Source of the DNA: Octopus bimaculoides
Lineage: Eukaryota
Assembly: GCF_001194135.2 (NCBI RefSeq)
Contig: NC_068981.1
Span: forward strand, 87,557,136-87,595,110
Length of the DNA: 37,975 nucleotides
Direction: 5' to 3'
A program made the position numbers and the translations under genes. Within the stretch, counting starts at the first letter, position 1. Each line of letters begins with the position of its first letter. The notes below the pieces were generated by a model, which saw only the letters and a program-made list of their open reading frames with translations, made no database searches and was not told where the DNA came from. Shown piece after piece: positions 1-9,760 of this stretch.

Positions 1-49
<49 letters not shown>

Positions 50-56
50 CATATAC
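1..56. repeat. (TA)n/(TACA)n microsatellite
   Basis: Direct reading. Similar tracts at 1363-1410, 3619-3645, 6690-6750, 11259-11332 and 37375-37410. Confidence 0.95.
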
Positions 57-57
57 A

Positions 58-300
58 GGCAAAGGGTTGACTGTTGCTTCTCAACCACATGGTTCCAGGT
101 TGTCTCACTGCATATAAATTCATATATACATGAATTTGTGTCAGTGTTTACCTCCCTTGTAAATTAACAGTTCAACAAAAGAGCAAAAGAGAGCAAGTGA
201 CAAAATATAGGTTTTGGGGTCAATTCGTTTGACTAAACATTCTTCAAAGCAATGCCCTAGCATGGCCACAGTCTAATGACTAAAACAAGCAAAGGATTTA
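58..300 (+). mobile_element. SINE-like family C copy (tRNA-like head, degraded)
   Basis: Reverse complement of the copies at 15514-15800, 30930-31270 and 31915-32062. Confidence 0.55.
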
Positions 301-319
301 TTGGATTAAATAATCCTTT

Positions 320-508
320 CTACTATAGGTACAATGCCAGGAGAAGGCTAGTCAATTGCATTAAACTACTATTTGACTGGTACTTATTTCATCAACCTTA
401 AAAGGATGAAAGCAAAGTCAGCTATGACAGCATTTAAATCAGAAAGTAATGACAGATGAAAAGCTGTTAAGCATTTTGTCCAGCATGTCGGCAATTCTGC
501 CAGCTTAC
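320..508 (+). mobile_element. Interspersed repeat family D copy
   Basis: ctggtacttattt.atcaacc..aaaggatgaaag.caaagtc core. Also at about 19205-19325(-), 20630-20890(-), 28060-28195(+) and 35325-35530(+). Confidence 0.6.
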
Positions 509-974
509 TGTTTTTATAGGATTCAATAATAATTTTGAACTTAACAGTGACACCTCAGATTGTAGTAACCCTTAAGTCAGCCCTTATCAAATTGGCATAT
601 GGTCCATAAGCAATTGGACAAATGAATAGGTGAAATCAATAGATATCTAGTGTCACATATACCATTCCTAATGGAAAACCATACCATATACTTTGATATA
701 TGGTTATTTATTGTATAGATTGAAGTGTAACAGTCCAATTCATCACCTTCTTTTAAAAATTATCCAGCTTGTTTCTGCATATGAATAGGTTTCAGCAGTG
801 TTTTCAGTGAAAGTGATAAAAGGCTTCAGTTTGAGTGCAACAGATGTTTTCTAGCATTTATAGATGGTTCTCTGCATTCCAGAGGCGCTTAGAGCTTTGT
901 AGAGTCACTGATGATGATGTTATGTCTGTATTTTTTGCTTGCCTAAATGAGTGAGTGATGATATTTTAAGATCA

Positions 975-1295
975 CCATCATCATCATTGTTTAATGTCCG
1001 CCTTCCATGCTGGCATGGGTGGTGTGATTTGACAGGTGCTGGCCAGGCAGAAACCTGCACCAGACTTCTCTGACTGTTTTGATACGATCTTTATAGCCAG
1101 ATGCCCTTCTTAACACCAACCACCCAGCAGAGTGGACTTAGTGCTTTTTACATGATACAAGCACAGGCAAGGTCAGTTTTGGCAAGGTTTTTACAGCTAG
1201 GTACCCTTCCAATTGCCAATCACTTTACAGTGTAGAATGGATGCTTTTTAAGTGGCACCTGGACTGATAGGGTCATCAAGTAACCTGCAAGACAA
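975..1295 (+). mobile_element. SINE-like family A copy ((CAT)n-GTTTAACGTCCGC head)
   Basis: Shares catcatcattgtttaa.gtccgc.ttccatgctggcatggg...gatgcccttc.taac.ccaacc with at least seven other copies in the window. Confidence 0.75.
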
Positions 1296-1358
1296 AAAAT
1301 CTTTGGTTATAGTATTGTTCTAGAGTGTTACAGATGTATCTGGGTGGCTGAGCTTGAT

Positions 1359-1411
<53 letters not shown>

Positions 1412-3613
1412 CAAAAAGAACAGTAAGAAACAACTCCTGACATATATTCAGGTGTTCTTTCATTTTTAGTAATCCTGCTCCATTGTATATGAAGTCTGTA
1501 GGTGAGATCTTTTTTTAAGCTAGTCATCTTCGTTGTTGTTATTGTTCTAATTGAGAACTGAACGAGCAGACATATTATCGAAGTCATTCCAGTCTTCATC
1601 ATCTAGTGTTTTTATAGGTATCTAGGATTACATTAATGTATCATCCCCAATTTTAGATGGAGGGACCAAAAATTGGGATGATGCATAGATGCATCGTTAG
1701 CAGTTTGTGATATTTTTTGTGTAGAGATAGGAACTTAAGCAGGAATGGTACAATCCATGAGGGATTTATATTCTTTAAACTTGTTGCAAGTTATTTATTC
1801 ATTTACCTTTATGTGGTGTTAGTTTGTTGTTAGAAGTTGTTCTTAGATTTTTATAAGTTTGGTTATTTAATTTGTGTAATTTAAGTTATATTTTTATGAA
1901 CATTGTGAGATGTATTTTCTAGAACCTTCTATGTGATCACAGTGATGATATTACGAAAGGTAAAAGAAGCCAGAAAGTGCACTGTGTTCAGTTTACCAAA
2001 AGTTTTTAATTATAAGACAAGTGAGTTTCGAAAATACAACAGTCAATCATTGTTTAAATAAGATCCAGTATAATGTTAGTTTCTTAAAACAAAAATTGTG
2101 AAAACGCTACACCTATAAATTGTAACATAAAAAGCGAATTGTATTTTCTCTTAATTTCAGGGACCAGCAAGCACCCCTGAGAACAACTTAGCACACAGCC
2201 ACACACTTGTTTGACGAAAAACTGTTTTATGAGTATAAGCATTTGGTTGTTTGGAACAACGCATTAACGGTGGCTTTAATACTTCTTATCTGCAAACTAA
2301 AGATAAAACCTGAGTTTCGAAAGCAAACAAAGATAAGACACACGCGCATGGAATGAAGAAACTTCGGTATTGCTTGGAGAATCAAACATATTGCATATAC
2401 AAAATAACTGTTTCTTTTTTACCAGGAAGGTTATTTTAACTCTAATTACGTTTACGATTGCCTGAACAAACAAGAGAGAAAAAGAGATAAAAGCAAATAG
2501 GAAGCCATCATAAATAAACGTTGATTCATATGGAAATTTGTTATAAATATTGATAGTTGTCTACTGCCACAAGAAATTAGAAAAATATAGTCTAAAAATG
2601 TAAAGAGTTAAAACAAATTTTGCAAAGGAATGTATCAAATTTTGCGTGATATTAAGAATAATATCATCTGTAGATGATATATATTCTTCCTTTGAAAAAA
2701 CACACGTAAGAAAGAAGAGCAGATGTTATTAATTGAAATTCTTATGCATTATCTATGAAAACGGCTTTTTAGCCATACAATTAATTTCATTATAAAAGTA
2801 AACCCCACTTGTATATGACGAATTATTGATCGTTTATCTTCGTACAAGACATAAAATTATTAAAGACGCGGAAACGAGATTCTATGAAATTCAGAGTTTT
2901 GTAAAAGACATTGTAATACAAATGTTATAAATGAAATGAAGTGGATTACAACTCAAAAGCGAAAGTGGACCGCAGATTCAGTTTGCCGGGAGCTTTTCTC
3001 GAAGTCTCTTGCCTGCCTAAGAAATTATTAATTGATAAATATTCTAATGAAATAATACAATTTATCCTGATACAAAGCACTTAAGATTAATTATCACAAT
3101 GATATTCTTACTGGATCAGTAAAAAGAAATAATAATAATACAAATAATCTAAGAGATAGGCTGAAATAGGGATATTTGGCTACAAATGAGAGAAATATAT
3201 GACGTGTTTAGACGCTCCGTCTTATAGCATTAAAATAATACATTTATAAAAGAAGAAAAGAAACAAAAATTCCAAGTGAAATATGTGAAAAACTTACTAT
3301 GTTCTTTTTGGTAATTCGTATGTCATACATAAAACAGAAAATATATTTATATAGATATGTATATAAATATATTTTTAAGTATGCGTCACACGGACTCTCG
3401 GTGATGCAGACAAATTGCAGACAGAACAAGTAGAATAACTTGCAAGATTAACAAGTGTTGACATAATTATTTCCCTTGCATATCGATTTCTTAGAGAGGC
3501 ACAAGGTTTCGCGATCTATCAATGAAATGTCATGCTACGGTGTTCATGCCCCTTTTGTTATCATCATTAGTGTCCTAAGTGAAGTAATGTGATTTTAATT
3601 GACATTGAAACCG

Positions 3614-3649
<36 letters not shown>

Positions 3650-4020
3650 GAAATTCACATTAAAACAAAAGACGAATACAGGTGTGTAAACAACAAGCAT
3701 GTATATTAGTTTGACGCTCGGGAAAGTGAGAAATGCTACGTTTCGAGCCTACGCTCTTCAACAGAAAGGAACACGAGGAAATATTTAACTTTAATATGTA
3801 TATATATGTGTGTGTGTGTATGTATGTAAGATCCAAGTATCGCGGTATAGGAAGAAAGTAAGCTTCAAGCAATCCGTAGTGAATATAAAACAACTTTCAG
3901 TGACAATAGTGGTTTATTGAGACGGAAAGTTGTGAATTTTTTTCATATCAAAGTACAATAAGCTGAACATCTGCAACATTCTGATTGAATCTTCCATGCA
4001 TTAACACCTACCTCCTTGCG
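3650..4020 (-). mobile_element. Penelope-like terminal repeat remnant containing a hammerhead-like motif
   Basis: Minus strand CTGTTGAAGAGCGTAGGCTCGAAACGT...GCGTC, similar to the short Penelope-type ends I recall as common in octopus DNA. Confidence 0.5.
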
Positions 4021-4060
4021 ACAATGTAAACTTTCATTTAATCAAGATATCCTTGGCCTG

Positions 4061-4095
4061 AAGCGAGGTGTATACCTGCGGTATACACCTCGCTT
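4061..4095. repeat. Perfect 16-bp inverted repeat with a 3-nt loop
   Basis: AAGCGAGGTGTATACC-TGC-GGTATACACCTCGCTT. Confidence 0.95.
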
Positions 4096-4305
4096 GGATA
4101 TTTGCCACTTCTGAGTTTCCATTTGCTATGAAACATATGTAACCCAGATCTTATCTACTCCATTCCATAACTCCTGTGTGTGTGTGTACATATATATAAT
4201 ATTATAGTGGGGTAGGCCGGTTTATGTGGTTACTCTGGGTTTCTTGCTCATAAGAGGTTTAGCCTTACGGCGTATCTTCAAGTCCCAAACACTGTTGGCC
4301 TGAGT

Positions 4306-4405
4306 ATGCATATCCGGGTACAGGACGTCAAAAAACGTGGACAAAAATTATGTTCCCGTTCCTTTTTTGTCCACGTTTTTTGACGTCCTATACCCAGATA
4401 TGCAT
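4306..4405. repeat. 42-bp-arm inverted repeat with a 16-nt loop (2 mismatches)
   Basis: Arms 4306-4347 and 4364-4405, read directly from the sequence. Confidence 0.95.
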
Positions 4406-4824
4406 CNNNNNNNNNNNNNNNNNNNTATATATATGGATATATATATATATATATGGATAGATAGATAGATTCAGATGAATATGGTACTTACGTTGAGGCA
4501 CCAGAACTTAGTATGGTATTATCCATACAATTTCCAAATAAGGGGATTAAAATCAAAATAAGCAACAGGGATATCTAGAAGATATCTTTGTTGATTATTT
4601 TGATGTATATGTATGTATGTGTGTGCGTGCGTATTGTTAATTATATTCTCAAGTACATTACTTAATTCTGCTACGTAAAAGAAAATATATATATATATAC
4701 AATTAGTAAATAGGAAATTCCAGAATCCAGGAAAATTGCTGATGATCTACACTGGAATTTTAATAAATTCACTATTTATTTCACTTGAGTAATTCGATAT
4801 CTAAAGCATGGTATTTTCTGTAAA

Positions 4825-4916
4825 TTATAAATGCTTTTTGTATTGTATTTGTTGGCATATTGCTGTTTTCAAGTAATGCTTAAAGTCGTATGGGTTATGA
4901 AGAACTGCTTTATGAT
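4825..4916 (-). CDS. Candidate terminal coding exon ((D)HKAVLHNPYDFKHYLKTAICQQIQYKKHL*)
   Basis: Acceptor aatttgtttcAG (4917), TAA at 4827-4825, and minus-strand AATAAA at 4780-4775 about 45 nt downstream. Confidence 0.4.
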
Positions 4917-4979
4917 CTGAAACAAATTTTTTGAAAACAATAAAGCATCTGCCTGAGTTTGGTTTTTGTAGTACTTTAA

Positions 4980-5069
4980 GCCCTAACCTTAAACCCTAGC
5001 CTTAACCCAAACCCTGAACCCTAACTCTAAAGCTAGCCCTAATCCTACACCCTAATTGAATCCTTAACC
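4980..5069 (+). repeat. Degenerate (CCCTAA)n telomere-like tract
   Basis: About 13 imperfect hexamers: ccctaa, ccttaa, ccctag, ccctga, ccctaa... Confidence 0.7.
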
Positions 5070-6499
5070 AATATGTATACTAAACTGTACAAAATTTCAT
5101 TGAATATTAATGCCCAAAAAACATCATGAATTAGTCTGTTTACTTCAGGTTTTGAAATTTTTAAAATTTTAATCAGTAATGTACAGGATACCCCCAAAAT
5201 ATAGTAAATGACCCAGTTATATGCAAAGATAGATTTTAGGTTCAGAGAAAATACCTACAGTGACCTAGTTTCAAAAGAAGTTGTATTCATCATTCTGCTA
5301 TTTGTGTTTAATTTGGATCATAATTTTTATCCCGTTGTCCTCAGAAATAAAACAAGCACACTGAATATCAGAATTCTCAGCTTAGCTACAAAGATCTTTT
5401 GTTTCATTCATTGAAAAGCATAAAATATATAATATTCTTTTTTAAAATGTTAAACTTTTAAAATTTTACTGATTCATATTTATGATGTACTTATATAACT
5501 GACCACCTCCCAATTTCCAACTGTTTCTCAACTATTTATCAACTACTAACTGATGTAAGTACAAAAAATCCACTAATTGTATATCTACACTCCAGTCTCT
5601 CTTGCCATTTGCTATGGAAGTCAGTAAATTATGGCAAGAATACACATTATATTATTACTCTATTATTCTGAATTTAAATCTTTTGAAGTAATTTAATCTC
5701 TTTTCCTTCCAACAGGGATAAATTTAGCACTACTCAAATGAATGCAAGCATAGTTATGTGGTTAAGAAGTTTGTTTCACAACTACGTCATTCTGAGTCAT
5801 TTCCAGTGTACAACACTTGAAGCGACTTACACAGCAGATATTGTTGACTGTTTGGTTTTCAGACATGACCAATTCCAATCTAAAACACAAAATTAAAAGA
5901 TTCACTATGTTTGTACCACTAGCTGTCAATCATGGTGATTCAAAAATCATAAGATTCCTGAACATAGCCAGGTCTCTCACACTGAGAGCCATGAAAGAAC
6001 AGTAGGCCCCTGATGAGAGTATGTTATGTATAGCCAAGAGAATCAGGCATTCTCAGAGATTAGGTATCATCAGGGGAGCCATGTTTGTCAGTAGGTTCAG
6101 GAAATCATCAACAACTACACCCTAGTAAGCTGATGAGAGCAACGATTGAGAAGATGAAGATAGTGGATTGTACAAGTATTACATAATGAAGAGAGAGCAT
6201 GTTCAGTAATATCTGGAAGAATCATGTGATCATGTGACCTCAAATAATATGCAGCTGCCTGATTCTCCTTATTTAAACCCCATAGATTATCCGAATATCG
6301 CTCATAAGCTATGAGTTGACCTAAGGCTTAGAAAATTACATGCCTGCAATGCTATACAGTGGGATCAAACCTGAAACTCCATTGTTGCAAGGAATAAAAT
6401 TCCACATCTGAAGCATTCCTAAACATTCAACAAACTGCACCTACATACATACATACATATGTACGCGCATACACACACACATATATACATTTATATATC

Positions 6500-6665
6500 T
6501 ATACAAAGGGTTTCTTTTAGTTTTCATCTACTAAATCTACTTGCAAGGCTTTAGCCGGTCTATGATTATAGTAGAAGATACTCGCCCAAGGTGCCACACA
6601 ATGGGACCGGACTAGGAATCATGAAGTTTGGAAGCAAACTTACCGCACAACCATGCCTATGCCTC
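6500..6665 (-). mobile_element. SINE-like family C 5' part
   Basis: tttc.tctactaaatc.act...aaggcttt...atagtagaagatactcgcccaaggtgccac shared with the other copies. Confidence 0.7.
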
Positions 6666-8003
6666 TTGTGGGTGTGTGTGTGTGTGTATTGTATGTATAT
6701 ACATGTATGTATGTATATGTGTATATATGTATGCATGTATATATATATATGTAACGATAAATATTTTGTGTTGATGTCGAGGGTCACCACTTGTAACGAT
6801 AATTTGAGTAGTTACCAATTATAACGGGTAAGACTTGTTGTTATAATTGCAGCATGTTGTAGGATGGGAAAGATGAACAATGCATAAAGTTAAAGAAAAT
6901 ATTTATTTACCATTATGTTACAATACCTTACCACGACGGGCGGGTTATAATAGGTCCATAAACATGCGAAGTAAAGCTTGTGTTTGTATCCTCTTCATTG
7001 TTTAGTAGTAATCCACAGAGAGAGAGATATAGTGGTGTTGTAAGAGAATAGAATCAGAGCTAGTGTGAGTTTGTAGGTTGTGGGACGTTGTCTCACAGTG
7101 AACTTCGTTTTTCTCGCTGACTATTTGCTTAGTAGTTGCCTTAGTTGTGGTCATGATTATATCCCTAACTAATTGAGCTGTCACGAGCTGCCTCGCTCTG
7201 TTGTCACCAAGTGACTACTTTTATTTTGGTTGGGGTTTCTTGTTTTTATAACTATCTCGAAGGATAGCTATATTATTGAGAACAATAGATTTAGTTGATG
7301 GTCTTGTTATCTCTATTCTAGCTTTTAGTGGAGTAGAAGAGATTAGGAAGGGTCAAGTGTTGAAGACATTATTTCGGCCTAGGTAAAGCATCTGGAAAAT
7401 GTAAAACTGGTGTCAGAGAAAAACCATTGTTCCACTGTGGGAAAAGTTCTGTTGCAGTTTAATTTAAATTTGGCTATAGTGGATCAAATCCACTTCATGC
7501 ATGCAAGATTCTCTACATATATNNNNNNNNNNNNNNNNNNNNNNNNNNNNNNNNNNNNNNNNNNNNNNNNNNNNNNNNNNNNNNNNNNNNNNNNNNNNNN
7601 NNNNNNNNNNNNNNNNNNNNNNNNNNNNNNNNNNNNNNNNNNNNNNNNNNNNNNNNNNNNNNNNNNNNNNNNNNNNNNNNNNNNNNNNNNNNNNNNNNNN
7701 NNNNNNNNNNNNNNNNNNNNNNNNNNNNNNNNNNNNNNNNNNNNNNNNNNNNNNNNNNNNNNNNNNNNNNNNNNNNNNNNNNNNNNNNNNNNNNNNNNNN
7801 NNNNNNNNNNNNNNNNNNNNNNNNNNNNNNNNNNNNNNNNNNNNNNNNNNNNNNNNNNNNNNNNNNNNNNNNNNNNNNNNNNNNNNNNNNNNNNNNNNNN
7901 NNNNNNNNNNNNNNNNNNNNNNNNNNNNNNNNNNNNNNNNNNNNNNNNNNNNNNNNNNNNNNNNNNNNNNNNNNNNNNNNNNNNNNNNNNNNNNNNNNNN
8001 NNN

Positions 8004-8350
8004 GTCGTCGAATTTGGTTCGATTTTGAATTCAATTTTGATTTTGATTTCACTTGCCTCAACAGGTCTTTGCAAGCAGGGTTTTGTGTCCAAAGAAGGAA
8101 AGGTACTCATAAGTGGGCTGGCTACACCCCTGGTAAAGGCCACGGGTTATGGTCTCACTTGCCTTGCCGGGTCTTCTCACGCACAGCATATTTCCAAAGG
8201 TCTCGGTCACTAGTCATTGCCTCAGTGAGGCCTAATGTTCGAAGGTCGTGCTTCACCACCTCATCCCAGGTCTTCCGGGGTCTACCTCTTCCAGAGGTAC
8301 CCTCAACCACTAGGCTGTGGCACTTTTTCACACAGCTATCCTCATCCAAA
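8004..8350 (-). mobile_element. RTE-clade LINE 3' end with short repeat tail
   Basis: ORF 8155-8349 MDEDSCVKKC...GRGRPRKTWDEVV..DL..LGL....DRDLWK matches the typical RTE/BovB-like C-terminus. It is followed by an (AAATCG/AAATCA)-like tail running into the gap. Confidence 0.85.
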
Positions 8351-9401
8351 CGAGGCTATTCTCATCTGTATCTGTTTCCAAACGAGGCCAGTCTCATCTA
8401 TACTGAAAAATTGTTCAAGTGAATATCCCTCTTCCTCGACGATGGTCTTGAATATCTTGTTCATGTACTCTTCAGCAGTAGGTTTGTCAGTAGAGGCGGC
8501 TTCTCCATGCAGGGATACACTCTTAAGGTTGAACCTCCTTTGAAATTTATCAAATCAGCCTTTGATGGCACTAAATTCGGTTGGTTTGGTGGGAGATGCT
8601 GTAGATGGTCCTGGTTCAGGGTTGTCTGGGTTGTCGTCACTGCTATCTGTAAACTTGCCGTACTGCTGCCCAGCCTTCTCACGGATGGTGTTGGTATCCA
8701 GTGCAATGTTCTTCATCCTGCAGTCACTGATCCAAAGGGATAATGCAGACTCCCTCCCAATGATGGCTTTATTGCAGGAAGTTACCACCATTTTCGTTGT
8801 TTTGTTAAAAGTCACTTTTGCCATCGCCCTTATATTTTTTTTTCATCCTTCTTCATGTAGTGAACAGTAGATTCATTGATGCTGTAATGGTGGCCTACAT
8901 CCATATACCTTCTCCTTTCCTTAAGCATGTTGAGGAGTCTCACCTTCTTTGCTATAGTAAGCATCTTCCTCTGGTGCTTGGGTTCACTGCCAGAAGCCTT
9001 AGAATGTGCAGAACATTTGGGCGACATCATAGGGCTTGAAATAAATTCACAATTTTATGCACAAATGCAAAACAACACCACACACTCACCTCCCAATTTG
9101 CATTTTCTATACTGTATGTGCAATTCTTTGTTTACTCATCTACGGTACACTAAATATTTTCTTTTAATATATTTTAATTAATGCGTTATACAGTGCAGTA
9201 CTGTACTGTATTTTTATTTATTAATTCATTAATTTTTACCACAGAAATAATTAAAAACTAAAAAAATATAAATCCCTATCAACTGCAGAAATTCGCAATA
9301 TACTGAGGAGTTCACAATATAAATTTACAAACATTAACCAGAAAAATCTGCGATGTACTGAGTGTGCAATAGGTGAACTGCAATATGATAAATGATTACT
9401 G
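8350..9401 (-). mobile_element. Tigger/pogo (TcMar-Tigger) transposon 5' portion with a degraded transposase
   Basis: End TA|CAGTAATC at 9403-9394. ORF 8830-9030 encodes an HTH_psq-like RKMLTIAKKVRLL...YSINESTVHYMKK. Adjacent frames give a CENP-B-like ESALSLWISDC...IREKA, GWFDKFQRR and FSIDETGL. Frameshifted and truncated. Confidence 0.88.
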
Positions 9402-9481
9402 TATATCTAATTTGTTTATCTGCATAATTGCCTCTATATCTACATATGTATATTTACACACATATACATATAAATATATAT

Positions 9482-9760
9482 TTCATCATCATCATTATCA
9501 TCATCATTTAACATCCATGTTCCATGCTGGCATAGGTTGGATGGTTTAACAGGAACCATGTGTCCAAGGACTGCATTGAGCTCCAATTTCTGCTTTGGTA
9601 AGGTTTTTATGGCTGGGTGCCATCCCGAATGCTAACCACTACACAATGTGAACTGGGTGCTTTTCTTGTGCCACCTACACTATTGAAGTCGCCATGCAGT
9701 TCGCAGGACTACAAGCCCTGGCATAGGTGGTGGTCAACTTTATGTTACAAGATGATGGGA
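9482..9760 (+). mobile_element. SINE-like family A copy
   Basis: Same head and body, diverged. Confidence 0.7.

Noticed and set aside
720-942. Minus-strand exon candidate after acceptor ctcatttAG
   Set aside because: All three frames stop early and no coherent gene model links it to other exons.
1551-1628. Minus-strand peptide IPIKTLDDEDWNDFDNMSARSVLN* as a terminal exon
   Set aside because: The acidic low-complexity frame continues through several further stops, which looks more like a decayed transposase N-terminus or chance than an exon.
5208-5414. 68-aa ORF and other short AT-rich ORFs (5817-6005, 28660-28905, 29247-29486, 32919-33404)
   Set aside because: No recognisable domains. 29247-29486 overlaps COQ10 exon 4 in the wrong frame, and the others are intronic or antisense to LINE relics.
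7410-8213. Long ORFs spanning 7410-8213 (and 14089-15208)
   Set aside because: Their length comes from N runs in assembly gaps, so there is no coding evidence.
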